Shown here piece by piece: positions 12,481 to 25,230 of a stretch of DNA of 64,000 nt. This DNA is from Chiloscyllium plagiosum. Lineage: Eukaryota. How positions within the stretch are numbered: the first letter of the stretch is position 1; the number at the start of each line of letters is the position of its first letter. Made by a program: the position numbers and the translations under genes. The notes under the pieces were generated by a model, which had not been told where the DNA came from, searched no databases, and saw only the letters and a program-made list of their open reading frames with translations. Location of the stretch: NCBI RefSeq assembly GCF_004010195.1, contig NC_057720.1:6033273-6097272 (forward strand), written 5' to 3'.

Positions 12481-13664
12481 TCTTGCTTCCGCTGTTAATG
12501 ACCAGATAACCCATGATAGCCTGATATCTCTTTGAAGATACCTAATTGTTTATCAGTGTAATATAATTATCTTGTCTTCTTCTACTATAACCCAGTGTCT
12601 CATGACTATGTAATAATTCTTTCTCATACTCAACAAAAAGCAGTGTTTCTACCCGAGGAAGATTCACTCAGAATGAGGCTTGGAGTAAACCTTGCAGCTT
12701 AACGTGTGCCCATGTGTCTGCTGTCCTTATCCAACTAGATGGTAGTGATTTTGGGGTTGGAGATGGAGACTGATTGCTGGATTTCTGCACAGTACCTTCT
12801 ATATTATAGACAGCTGCTGCTACCAAATGTCACTGGTGAAGTGACTGAAAGTTTGTTTACAGGTTTCTCTTGAAACACTTTCTAACTCTGAATACAATGG
12901 AAAACACTTGACATTTTAACTGGAATCTCAGCTGGAAGTGGCTGCATTACTGTCACAAATTGTAAAGTAGGAACAATAGAGTCATTATAGGACTGTGCCT
13001 TTCCTCTTGATAAGCCAAGCAAACAAATGTGAGAGAAAAACACGATGCTGACAAATGTTAAAGAATGCTTTGGGTCTCCACCCAAGTGCAAGTTAAGGCT
13101 GACCTTGGAGGGAGCCCATTGGAAATTCACCAGAATGATACCAAAGTTACATTGTGCAGAAAGGTTGTGCTGATCTGCACTTCTATTCTCTTGAAGTAAC
13201 AGAGATTAAAGGAGTGATCTAATTGAAATGTTTAAAATGATCAAAGGAGTTGAGAGGGCAGATAAAAAAAACATAATTCCTCTGGTGGGAAAGTTCAGAA
13301 CAAGGAAGCGTGATGTGAAATGTGGAACTTGCACCACGAAAAGTATTTGAGGCCAAGATTGAATTATTCACTCATGGGATGTGGGTGTCACTGTCTGGGC
13401 TGGCATTTAGTACCCATCCCAAGTTTCCTGTGAGAAGGTGGTGGTGAGCTGCCTTCCTAAAGCATAACAGACCATGTGCTGTAGGTAGACCCACAATGTC
13501 CGTAGGGAGGGAGTTTCAGGATTTTGACCCAGCAACACTGAAGGAACGGCGATATATTTCCAAGTCAGGATGGTGAATAGCTTGAAGGGGAAGTTGCAGC
13601 TTACTGTGTTTCTGTGTATCTGCTGCCCTTGTCCTGCTTGATGGAAATGATTTTAGTGTTGGGA

Positions 13665-14108
13665 AAGTAACATCGCTGAATAAGCTGGGGTTGTTTTGCC
13701 TGAACTATCGGAGGCTGAGGGGTGATCTTATTGAGGTTTAGAAAATCATGAGGGGCATGGATAGGGTAAGTAGACAATGTCTTTTCCACAGGGTGGGGGA
13801 GTCCACGCTAGAGGGCATAGGTTTAGGGTGAGAGGGAAAAAATTTAAAAAGGGACCTAAGGGCAACCTTTTCATGCAGAGGGTGGTGCGTGTATGGAATG
13901 AGCTGCCAGAGGAAGTGGTGCAGGTTGGTACAATTACAACATTTAAAAGGCATCTGGATGGGTATATGAGTAGGAAGGGTTTAGAGAGATATGGGCCAAA
14001 TATTGGCAAATTGGACTAGATTAGTTTAGGATATCTGGTCAGCATGGACGAATTGGACCTAAGGATCTGTTTTTGTGGTGTACATCTCCATGACTCTATG
14101 ACTCTATA
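13665..14108 (+). mobile_element. CR1/HER1-type LINE 3' end
   Basis: ORF 13777-14019 (RGHRFRVRG, RVVRVWNELPEEVV) and (ATGACTCT)n tail. Confidence 0.9.
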
Positions 14109-15341
14109 AGAGGGGAAGAATAAAGTCCAGAATCTTATCTTGATAGGATTGGCTCAGTGAGTTTGAAGAAAGCTCACGATCATAGACACTGCCATTGACC
14201 TATGGAAAGAAGTAATCTGTTTCTGAGTTGTGAACACTTAAGATGTGATTCAGCGATGGTAGGGCACTAACTGAAAGATCTGGGCTGTAATAATAGCTAC
14301 CCTAAGAGTGAGTTTAAGCTAATCAGTTGAGTTTGTAACTGGGCACATGTCAACTTGCTGGAAGTGAGGATATTTAGATGGAATGACTTACTGTCTGCAA
14401 ACAAAAGGAATATGTTCAAGCCTTGCACCTTTTTTGAATTACCCAGGAGTTTGCGAAGACAATAGATCCCTGTTACTTTCTCTATGGCAACACTTCAGCC
14501 AATCAGAATCAGTTGCCAACAAACAAGCAGCCTTTTCTGCTGAACTGTACACTGTTGTGAACATTTGAGATTTGGCTTTCTTGTATTTGTCCTGAATACA
14601 AAAGAGCAAGATTTGGTGACCTGTTTCTCTTTTCAGAAAGATTTAAGTTCTGTTGCTCCAAGCAACCGTTTGGAAACATGTTAAAATTCCTTTATCGGTG
14701 TCACACAAATGGGAGTGAAAATCTGAAACACTCTCCCACAGAAAAGCTATTGTAAGCTAATGTCTACTTAAAAAATAATCAGATTGTGAAAGACAACAGA
14801 AATTGCATCTCTTGTTACGAAGAAGAAGGAGGCTTATGTGTTGATGAAGCAAGATGGTTCAGATGAGGCGATGGAGAGTTACAGATCAGCTAGGAAGGAT
14901 TTATAGAGAGAGTTAAGAAGAGCAAAGCGAGGACATGAGCAGTCTTTAACAAATAGAATAAAGGAGAACCCTAAAGCTTTCTATAGGTATATGAGGAATA
15001 AAAGGATGGCTAGGGTAAGAATAGGGCCAGTCAAAGACAGAAGTGGGAAGTTGAGTGTGGACCCTGTGGAGATCGGAGAGATGCTAAACTCAGGAAAAGG
15101 AGAATATTGTAGAGGAGAAGAATGAGATACGGGATATTAGACTAGAAAGGATCGAGGTTAGTTATCAATTCTAGAAGGAGTGAAAGTAGACAAGTCCCCT
15201 GGGCCAGATGGGATTTATCCAAGGATTCTCTGGGAAGCTAGGGAGGAGTTGGCAGAGCCTTTGGCTTTGATATTTGAGTCGTCATTGCCTACAGGTTTAG
15301 TACCAGAGGACTGGAGGATTGCAAATGTTGTGCCCTTGTTC

Positions 15342-15813
15342 NNNNNNNNNNNNNNNNNNNNNNNNNNNNNNNNNNNNNNNNNNNNNNNNNNNNNNNNNNN
15401 NNNNNNNNNNNNNNNNNNNNNNNNNNNNNNNNNNNNNNNNNNNNNNNNNNNNNNNNNNNNNNNNNNNNNNNNNNNNNNNNNNNNNNNNNNNNNNNNNNNN
15501 NNNNNNNNNNNNNNNNNNNNNNNNNNNNNNNNNNNNNNNNNNNNNNNNNNNNNNNNNNNNNNNNNNNNNNNNNNNNNNNNNNNNNNNNNNNNNNNNNNNN
15601 NNNNNNNNNNNNNNNNNNNNNNNNNNNNNNNNNNNNNNNNNNNNNNNNNNNNNNNNNNNNNNNNNNNNNNNNNNNNNNNNNNNNNNNNNNNNNNNNNNNN
15701 NNNNNNNNNNNNNNNNNNNNNNNNNNNNNNNNNNNNNNNNNNNNNNNNNNNNNNNNNNNNNNNNNNNNNNNNNNNNNNNNNNNNNNNNNNNNNNNNNNNN
15801 NNNNNNNNNNNNN
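15342..15813. other. Assembly gap (472 N)
   Basis: Run of N; about 118 bp of similar CR1 sequence on both sides. Confidence 0.99.
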
Positions 15814-15850
15814 GATTCTCTGGGAAGCTAGGGAAGAGATAGCAGAGTCT

Positions 15851-16981
15851 TTGGTTTTGATATTTGAGTTGTCATTGTCTACAGGTTTAATACCGGAGGA
15901 CTGGAGGATTGCAAATGTTGTGCCCTTGTTCGAGAAGGGCAGTAGAGATGACACAGGTAATTATAGACCAGTGAGCCTTACTTCTGTTGTAGGAAAGGTT
16001 TTGGAAAGGATTATAAGAGATAAGATTTATAATCATCTAGCAAGCAACAGTTTGATTTCAGATAGTCAACATGGTTTCGTCAAGGGCAGGTCGTGTCTCA
16101 CAAACCTCATTGAGTCTTTTGAGAAGGTGACCAAGCATGTAGATGAGGGTAGGGCAGTTGACGTGGTATACATGGACTTCAGTAAAGCCTTTGATAAGGT
16201 TCCACATGGTAGGCTATTGGAGAAAACACAGAGGCATGGAATTGATGGTGATTTAGCAACTTGGATTAGAAACTGGCTTTCTGAAAGAAGGCAGCGAGTA
16301 GTGGTTGATGGAAAATATCCAGCCTGGAGTCTGGTTACTAGTGGTGTGCCACAAGAACCTGTTTTGGGACCACTGCTGTTTGTCATTTTTATAAATGACT
16401 TAGATGCAGGCATAGGTGGATGGATTAATAAATATACAGGCGACACTAAAGTAGGCGGAGTAGTGGACAGTGTGGAAGAATGTTACAGGTTGCAGGGGGA
16501 CTTGGATAAACTGCAAAATTGGGCTGAGATGTGGCAAATGGAGTTCAATGCAGCTAAATGTGAGGTGATGCACTTTGGGGAGAATAACAGGAAGGCAGAG
16601 TACTGGGTCAATGGAAACATTCCTGGTAGTGTGGATGTGCAGAGGGATTTTGGAGTCCATGTACATAGATCCCTGAAAGTTGCCATCCAGGTGGATAGTG
16701 CTGTTAAGAAGGCATACGGTGTGTCAGGTTTCATTCATAGAGGGATTGAGTTCCGGAGCCGCAATAGCATGCAGCAACTATACAAAACACTGGTGCGGCC
16801 ACTCTTGGAATATTGTGTACAATTCTGGTCCCCATATTTCGGGAAAGATGTGGAGGCATTGGAAAATGTGCAGAGGAGATTTACCAGGATGTTGCCTGGT
16901 CTGGAGGGAAGGTCTTATGAGGAAAGGCTGAGAAACTTGGGTCTGTTCTCATTGGAAAGAAGAGGGCTGGGGCAGATTTGA
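15851..16981 (+). pseudogene. CR1 ORF2 reverse-transcriptase remnant (376 aa), probably catalytically dead
   Basis: RT motifs present, but the FADD box reads YTGD and PQGS reads PQEP; frameshift near 16975. Confidence 0.88.
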
Positions 16982-17545
16982 TAGAGACATACAAGATGAT
17001 CAGTGGATTAGATAGGGTAGACAGTGAGAGTCTTTTTCCTGGGATGATGATGTCAGCGTGTACGAGGGGGCATAACTACAAATTGAGGGGTAACAGATTT
17101 AGGACAGATGTCAGAGGCAGGTTCTTTATGCAGAGAGTGGTAAGGGCGTGGAATGCCCTGCCTGCTAATGTAGTTAACTCAGCCACATTAGGGAGATTTA
17201 AACAATCCTTAGATAAGCACATGGATGATTTTGGGATAGTGTAGGGGGACGAGCTGAGAATAGTTCACAAGTCAGCATAACATCGAGGGCCGAAGGGCCT
17301 GTTCTGCGCTGTATTGTTCTATGTTCTATGTAAGACAACGTTCTACCTGGTAACCACGTTTCCCAAATATCCAGACAGATTCTGAATTTACAACTCATGG
17401 ATGTAGAGCCACAGAAATAGCAAAGACGTAGCACCTGAAAAAACGATCCCTTTCAAAACTTGTTGGCAAAAACCAGGACAGACTTTCTACTTACCTTGGT
17501 CAGTATCCTTCAGCAGTCTACTCCAGACCACCAATGAAGGTAAAT

Positions 17546-19040
17546 AGAGTCATAGTCATAGAGATGTACAGCATGGAAACACACCCTTTGGTCCAACTTG
17601 TTCATTCTGAATAGATGTCAAAACCCAATCTAGTCCCACCTGCTAGCACCTGGCCCATATCTCTCTAAACTCTTCTTATTCATATGCCCATCCAGATGTC
17701 TTTTAAATGTTGTAATTGTATCAGCCTCCACCATTTCCTCTGGTAGCTCATTCCATACACGTACCACCCTCTGTGTGAAAAAGTTGCCCCTTAGGTCTCT
17801 TTTATATCTTTCCCCTCTCACCCTAAACCTATGCCCTCGAGTTCTGGACTCCCCGACCCCAGGGAAAGGACTTCAAATGCCTTCTTCACTATCTTATCTA
17901 CCTGCGACTCCACTTTCAAGGAGCTATGAACCTGCACTCCAAGGTCTCTTTGTTCAGCAAGTTCACTTATACCATTAAGTATTTAAGTCCTGCTAAGATT
18001 CACTTTCCCAAAATGCAGCACCTCGCATTTATCTAGATTAAACTCCATCTGCCACTCCTCAGCCCATTGGCTCATCTGAGGTAACCTCCTTCGCTGACCA
18101 CTACAGCTCCAATTTTGGTGTCATCTGCAAACTCACTAACTATACCTCTTATGTTCACATCCAAATCATTTATATAAATGACAAAAAGTAGAGGACCCAG
18201 CACCGATCCTTGTGGCACTCCACTGCTCACAGGCCTCCAGTCTGAAAAACAACCCTCCACCACCACCCTCTGTCTTCTACCTTTGAGCCAGTTCTGTATC
18301 CAAATGGCTAGTTCTCCCTGAATTCCATGAGATCTAATGTTGCTAACCAGTCTCCCATGGGGAACCTTGTTGAACGCCTTCCTGAAGTGCATATAGATCA
18401 CGTCTGTTGAAGTGTTTTTGTCAACACCTTTTGTAGTAGCCAAGAGCTGTAGGAAACTTGCTTCCCTTTCTTCCAAGGCATTCGCTCTTGATTGAGGAAG
18501 ACTTGCTTCCCCTTTGATGTTTGATAGAGTCATAGAATCATACAGAACAGAAGCATACCCTTCGGTCCAACCAGTCCATGCCGAATGTAATCCCAAACTA
18601 AACTAGTCCCACTTGCCTGCTCCTGGGCCATGTTCTTCCAAACCTTTCCTGTTCATGAGTTATCCAAATGTCTTTTAAAGGTTGTAATTGTACCCGCATC
18701 CACCACTTCCTCAGGAAGGTCATTCCACACAAGAACCACCCACTGTGGAAAAAAATTGTCCCTCATATCTTTTTTAAATCTTTCTTCTCTCACCTTAAAA
18801 ATGTGCCTCATAGTCTTGAAATCCCTCACCTTAGGGAAAAGACAACTACATCAACTCTTATCTATATCTCACATTATTTTATAAACTTCTATCAGGTTGA
18901 TTTTCAACTTCCTATGCTCCAGTGAAAAAAGTTCCAGCCTATGCAGCCTTTTTATATAACTCAAAACTTCCAAACTCAGCAACGTCCTGGTAAACCTCTT
19001 CTGAATCCTCTACAGCTTGATGATAGCCTCCTTACAGCTG
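17546..19040 (-). mobile_element. Two adjacent CR1 3' fragments (17546-18410 and 18525-19040)
   Basis: (AGAGTCAT)-type tails on the plus strand; ORF 18072-18596 contains [21 protein letters not shown] and FADDTK. Confidence 0.9.
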
Positions 19041-19430
19041 TAACATGTACCTAAGCACAGTGAAAAGTTTTGTTTTGCAAGCAGTCCAGGCAAATCCTAA
19101 CTACAAAGGCATACAGGTCATAGGGTACTTAGGCAGAATGAGGCATACAAGGTTATGGTTACACAGGGAGTGCACAAAACAAGATCAACATTATTTGATA
19201 TGAGAAGGCTCCATTCAGAAATCTATAACACCTGTGGGAAGAAGCTCTTCTTGAACCTGTTGGTCTGTGTGTTCAAATTTCTGTATCTTCTGACTGACGG
19301 AAGAGGTTGGAAGAGAGCATTACTGGGGTGGGAGGGAGGTTGTTTGGGTTCTGAGATGATTGACAAGTCTGACATGCGACCTATAAACTCTACTACACAT
19401 GAGGTAGATGTGGATTGGAGGGTTGGGTGT
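19040..19430 (-). mobile_element. Rex1/Babar-type LINE 3' end
   Basis: Similar to 60435-60915 and to the reverse complement of 54720-55340. Confidence 0.7.
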
Positions 19431-20061
19431 TCCCTCTGTCACGATAACGGATCAGAACTCTGAAGTACTCATGAAGTACATATCAGACTTTTAGTTGCAA
19501 CATGTTTCCCTTGTAGAGAGGACCATTGCTGTCAAAAGATTACTGTGGATCGAAACTCAATGACTGTCTGACTGGACCTTATGTTGACCCATGGAATGTC
19601 CCACGTGTATACAGTCAGGACAGTTTCAAGCTGAAGGACTAAGAGGGTAGAGATAATGAGAGGTGGGCTAACCATCCCACACCCCACTTCAGCAGGAAGC
19701 CACAAAAAAAATGACATGTAAAACCAACTCCAGCCTCTGGTCTGTGTGTGTTAGTAGTTCGATTTACCAACGTAAGTATTATTTTGTGTGTGATAGTAGT
19801 TTGACACATGTGTCATTCTGTGTGTGTTAATGGCTTGACATACCATTGTATGTATTAATCTGCTGGAGGTCACAGGTTGAGAACAGTCAGTCATTAAAAA
19901 CAGCTTTGCATTGCAGGAAATGAAAGGAAAAAGGGGATCTCTCACTCTGAGTGCTGCTAGCTAGCTACTGTCAAAAGGAACTGGGACAAAATAATTTCAA
20001 TCAACTCACAATACCTGGTCAACTATCAATATCAATATATTAGCACCATCCAATGTAACAG

Positions 20062-20574
20062 GGAGAAAGTGAGATTAGATTACATTACAGATTAGATTAC
20101 ATTACAGTGTGGAAACAGGCCCTTCGGCCCAACAAGTCCACACCGACCCGCCGAAGCGTAACCCACCCATACCCCTACATTTACCCCTTACCTAACACTA
20201 CGGGCAATTTAGCATGGCCAATTCACCTGACCAGCACATCTTTGGACTGTGGGAGGAAACCGGAGCACCCGGAGGAAACCCACGCAGACACGGGGAGAAC
20301 GTGCAAACTCCACACAGTCATTCGCCTGAGGCGGGAATTGAACCCGGGTCTCTGGCGTTGTGAGGCAGCAGTGCTAACCACTGTGCCACCGTGCCGCCCA
20401 CTGCAGATGCTGGAGATCAGAGTTGAGAGTGTGGTGCTGGAAAAGCACAGCAGGTCAGGCAGCATCTGAGGAACAGGAAAATCAAGGTTTTAGGCATAAG
20501 CCCTTCAGCCCTCTTTCTCCTGTTGCTCAGATGCTGCCTGACCTGCTGTGCTTTTCCAGCACCATACTCTCCAC
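20062..20574. mobile_element. Family A fold-back mini-element split by an HE1 SINE
   Basis: GGAGAAAGTGAG|SINE|ACTGCAGATGCTGGAG; degenerate TSD at 20046-20061 and 20575-20590. Confidence 0.8.
20073..20399 (-). mobile_element. Young full-length HE1-like V-SINE
   Basis: CpGs retained; minus-strand head GGGCGGCACGGTGGCACAGTGGTTAGC, B-box GGTTCAATTCC, duplicated (AGATTAGATTACATTAC) tail. Confidence 0.93.
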
Positions 20575-21049
20575 CCATCTCATATAACAGCCTAAATTCT
20601 ACTGTGTACTCCTCACGAACTATTCAGGGACTTTATTACAACTTTTTTTTTGCATTCACTTCTTATCCCTAGTTTATATGTTCTGTTAATATTTCTGATC
20701 ATTTTTAGAAATTAATAGATTCACTCCTTTGTTAGCTTCAGGAAGCCTGGTTAAATTGGCTCCTTTAAAGATAACAATTCATTTGGTCTGGGAGAAAGGG
20801 AGTGGATTCGTTTTTAAATTAAACAAACAAGTGAGGGGGCTGTGTGAATAAAGAAGAGGGAACAGTTCATTCTGACTCAACCAGAAGTTGAACAATCTGG
20901 GACATCACACCTAGAACTTTCACAAATTGGTGAATCACTGGTGAGATTGAACGATTTATTGTCACTTGCTTTTAAAGTGAATGATGCTGTAAAATACAGT
21001 GAAAAGCTTCAACTCTCTCCACAGTCTGCTGCTATTTTAAAATTTAAGG

Positions 21050-21595
21050 ATAAAGAAGGCAAATGGTACTTTGGCTTTTATTGTGAGAGGTTTTGAGTAC
21101 AAGAGCAGGGATGTGCTGTTGTAGTTATACAGAGCCTTGGTAAGGCCCCACCTCGAATATTGTGTACAGATTTGGTCTCCTTTTCTGAGGGAGGATGCTC
21201 TTGCTCTCAAAGGAGTGCTGCGAAGGTTTCCCAGGTTGATTCTGGGGATTGCGGGAGTGATGTATGAGGAAAGACTGACTGGGTTAGGATTGTTTTCACT
21301 GGAGTTCAGACAAGTTGGGGGTGGTGGGGGGGTTGGGGGGGTCTAGTCCTGTTAGAATTATAAAATTCTAACAGGACTAGACAGGGTAGATGCAGGGAGG
21401 ATGATCCTGATGGTGGGTGTGTCCAGAACCAGGGGTCACAGTCTGAGGATCGGGGTGGACCATTTAGGACAGAGATGAGGAGACATTTCTTCACCAAGAG
21501 AGTGGTGAGCGTGTGGGATTCATTACCACAGGAAGGAGTTGGTGCCAAAACATTGAATGTATTCAAGAAGAGAGATGGATGCATTCTATTTTTAG
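21050..21595 (+). mobile_element. CR1 LINE 3' fragment
   Basis: LVRPHLEYCVQIWSP and FFTKRVVSVWDSLP. Confidence 0.88.
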
Positions 21596-21609
21596 AGTCA
21601 TACATGCCA

Positions 21610-23165
21610 TGTAGAAAGATGGTCGTGGTTATTGGAGGTCACCATCTCAGCTCCAGGACATCTTTACAAGAGTCCCTCAGGATAGTGTCCTAAGCCCAAC
21701 ATAGAACATAGAACATAGAACATAGAACAATACAGCACAGAACAGGCCCTTCGGCCCACGATGTTGTGCCGAACTTTAAACTAGACTTAAGCACCCATCC
21801 ATGTACCTATCCAATTGCCGCTTAAAGGTCACCAAAGATTCTGACTCTACCACTACCACAGGCAGCGCATTCCATGCCCCCACCACTCTCTGGGTAAAGA
21901 ACCCACCCCTGACATCCCCCCTATACCTTCCACCTTAAATTTATGTCCCCTTGTAACACTCTGTTGTACCAGGGGAAAAAGTCTCTGACTGTCTATTCCA
22001 AATGTGGCCTAACCAAAGTCCTGTACAGTTGCAACATCACTTCACGATTCTTGAATTCAATCCCTCTGCTAATGAACGCTAATACACCATAGGCCTTCTT
22101 ACAATCTCTATCCACCTGAGTGGCAACTTTCAAAGATCTATGAACATAGACCCCAAGATCCCTCTGTTCTTCCACCTCACTAAGAACGCTACCGTTAACC
22201 CTGTATTCCACATTCTTATTTGTCTTTCCAAAATGGACAACCTCACACTTGGCAGGGTTGAACTCCATCTGCCACTCCTCAGCCCAGCTCTGCATCATAT
22301 CCAAGTCCCTTTGCAGCCGACAAGAGCCCTCCTCACTATCCACTACTCCACCAATCTCCACCAATCTTCCACCACAACTCCAACTATCTTCAGCTGCATC
22401 ATCAATGACCTTCCCTCTGTCATAAAGTCAGAAGTGGGGATGTTCGCCAATAATTGAATGGTCCCTTGATATTCAATGGTGTTGCCATCACTAAATTCCC
22501 TGCTAGCAACATCCTGGGAGTTCTTATTGATCAGAAACTCAACTGGACTCGCTACATAAACACAGTGGCTATAAGAGCAGGTCAGATGCTAGGAACACTG
22601 GGGCAAATAACTCACCTCCTGACTCCCCAAAGCCTGTCCACCATCGACAAGGCACAAGTCAGGAGTGTGATGGAATACTCCCCACTTGCCTGGATGAGTG
22701 CAGCCCAAAAACACTCAAGAAACTTCATACCATCTACGACAAAGCAGCCCGCTTGATTGGCACCACATTCGCAAACATCCACTCCCTCCATCACCGACGC
22801 TCAGCAGCAGCAGTGTGTACCATCGACAAGTTGCACTGCAGAAATTCACCAAAGATCCTGAGACAACACCTTCTGGACCCATGACCACTTCCATCTAGAA
22901 GGGCAGCAGATACATGGGAACGCCACCACCTTCAAGTTCCCCTCCAAGCCACTCACCATCCTGATTTGGAAATATATCGCTGTTTCTTCACCATTACTCA
23001 GTCAAAATTCTGAAATTCCCTACCTAATGGCATCTACCTACTACACATAGACTGCAGTGGTTCAAGAAGGCAGCTCACCCCCACTTTCTCAAGGGGCAAC
23101 TAGGGACAAGCAATAAATGCTGGGCCCAGCCAGTGATAACCACATCCCACCAAATGAATAAATTT
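21610..23165 (+). mobile_element. CR1-group (L2/Zenon-like) LINE 3' half interrupted by a minus-strand CR1 (21698-22358)
   Basis: IFSCIINDLPSVIKSEVGMFA, ILGVLIDQKLNW and KAQVRSVMEYSPLAWMSA; tail AATAAATGCTGGGCCCAGCCAG...AATGAATAAA. Confidence 0.8.
21698..22358 (-). mobile_element. CR1 LINE 3' fragment
   Basis: (AACATAG)n tail; ORF 21993-22364 (WQMEFNPAKCEVVHFG, LVRPHLE). Confidence 0.92.
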
Positions 23166-23564
23166 AAAAAATAACTGAGAGGAGGAATGCATTGAGGGTG
23201 TGGTTAGAAGGTTGTCTGTCAATGGTTAAGGATAGATCTGATCAAAATCCTCAAGATATTAAGAAGAAAAGACATGGCAGATAACAAGAAACTATTTCCA
23301 AGAGTTGGGGTTCTAGGGGGCACAGTCTGAGAATTAGCCCAGCCCATTCAGGAGAGATGTTGGGATGGTTGAGGGTGGTTGAGGTTTGGAATTCTTCCAG
23401 AAATGGCAGTGGATGGTGGATCAGTTGTTAATTTTAAGTGTGAGATGGATAAATATTTGTAAATCAAAGGCATTAGAGGAAATGTGTGAAAGGCAGGTTT
23501 ATGGAGTTAGACCACAGATCAACCACGATCTCATTGAATAGTGGAACAGGTTTGAGGGGCTATT

Positions 23565-25230
23565 ATAAGGTATATGCCAGTGTTGTAAATGTACTGGAAC
23601 AGCTTGGCTAGGGGAGCAGGAAGTTTTGGAGCACAAGTGTCCAGTACTATTGCTGGAATGTTGTCAGGGCCCATAGCGTTTGAAGTATCCAGTGCCTCCA
23701 ACCATTTCTTGATATCATGCGGAGTGAATCAAATTGGCTGAAGACTGGTGTCTGTGATGCTGGGGAGCACTGGAGGAGGCCGAGATGGATGATCCACTTG
23801 GCCCTATTAGCTGAAGACTGCTTCAGCCTTATCTTTTGCACTGATGTACTGGACTCTTCCATCATTGAGGATGAGGATATTTGTGAAGCCTCCTCTTCCA
23901 GTGAGTTGTCTAATTGTCCACCAACATTCATGACTGGATGTGGAAGGACCGCAGAACTTAGATCTGATCTGTTGGTTGAGGGATCGCTTAGCTCTGTCCA
24001 TCACTTGCTGCTTATGCCGTTTGGCATGCAAGTCCAGTAGTCCTGTTTGGTGGCTTCATTTTGAGGTTTGCCTGGTACTGCTCCTGGCCTGCCCTCCTAC
24101 ACACTCCATTGGACCAGGGATGATCTCCTGGCTTGATGGTAATGGTTCAGTGGGGGATATGTCGGGCCATGAGGTTACAGATTATGCTGGAGTACAGTTC
24201 TGCTGCTGTTGATGGCCCGCAGCACCTCATGGATGCCCAGTCTTGAATTGGTATATCTGTTTGAAGTCTGTCCCATTTAGCACAGTGAAAGTGCCACACA
24301 ACACAATGGAGGGTACTCTCAATGTGAAGGAGAGTCTTGGGCTCATCAAGAACTGTACGGTGGGCACTCTTAGCAATACTGTCACGGACAGATGCACTTC
24401 ATAAGGTTGAGATCAAGTGTGTTTTTCCCTCTTGTTAGTTCCTTCACTATATGTCACAGACCCAGTCTAGCAGTTATATCCTTTAGGACACAACCAGCTC
24501 GATCTTGGTAATGGACATTGAATTCCATCACCTAGACTACATTTCGTCCCATTGCCACCTTTAGTGCTTCGTCCAAGTGTTATTCAACATGGGGGAGTAC
24601 TGATTCATCAGCCGAGAGAGGATGGTACATGGTAATCTGCAGGGGGTTTCCTTGCCCATGTTTAACCTGAACCCATGAGACTTCATGGGGTTCAGAGCCA
24701 ATGTTGAGGACTCCCAGGGCAACTCCCTCCCACTATATCCCACAGTGTCACCCCCTCTGCTGGGTCTGTCCTGCTGGTGGGACAGGACACGTCATGGATG
24801 TTGATGGTGGTGCCTGTAAGGTATGATACCTTCAATATGACAATGTCAGATTGTTGTTTGACTAGTCTGTGAGATTGCTGTCCCGGTTTTGGTACTAGCC
24901 CCCAGATGGCAGTGAGCATGGTCTTGCAGGGTTGACAGGGCTGCCTCTGCAGTTGTGTATTCCGGTGTCTCGGTGTATGTCATGTGATCCGGCTGGTTTC
25001 ATTTCTTTGCTGAGAGTTTGTAGTGATTGGTAGAACTGAATGGCTTGCTAGGCCATTTCAGAGGGCAATAGGGAATCAACCACATTGCTGTGGGTCTGGA
25101 GTCACTTGTAGGTCAGACAGTGAGGATGGCAAATTTCCTTCCCTGAAGCACATTAGCGAACCTGATGGGTTTTTCTGACAATTGACAATGGTTTCATAGT
25201 CATCAGCTGATTCTTAATTCCAAATTTTCT
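23565..25230 (-). mobile_element. 5' half of a CR1-group LINE: APE endonuclease region preceded by a SINE-like leader
   Basis: ORF 24692-24919 (IWGLVPK, RLVKQQSDIVIL..SYL) resembles an APE N-terminus; ALGPDNIPA-like motif near 23660; 25030-25230 equals the body of the second SINE family. Confidence 0.75.

Larger units (their letters stand above)
14790..17330 (+). mobile_element. 5'-truncated CR1 LINE spanning an assembly gap
   Basis: KSPGPDGIYPRIL, NYRPVSLTS, QHGFVKGRSCLTNL and [13 protein letters not shown] motifs; TTCTATG-repeat tail near 17320. Confidence 0.93.

Noticed and set aside
15223..15931. About 118-bp direct repeat on both sides of the N gap, and three long X-filled ORFs
   Set aside because: Both copies abut the gap inside a high-copy CR1, so scaffolding of paralogous or allelic contigs is the likely cause; the ORFs only read through Ns.
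15851..16981. 376-aa RT ORF as an active or domesticated gene
   Set aside because: Catalytic FADD is changed to YTGD and the ORF is frameshifted and 5'-truncated.
17485..17545. Strong minus-strand donor AAG|GTAAGT (another near 7320)
   Set aside because: No convincing acceptor or recognisable reading frame; isolated motifs occur by chance.
20320..20399. tRNA-like A and B boxes
   Set aside because: These are SINE heads continuing into the V-domain, not tRNA genes.
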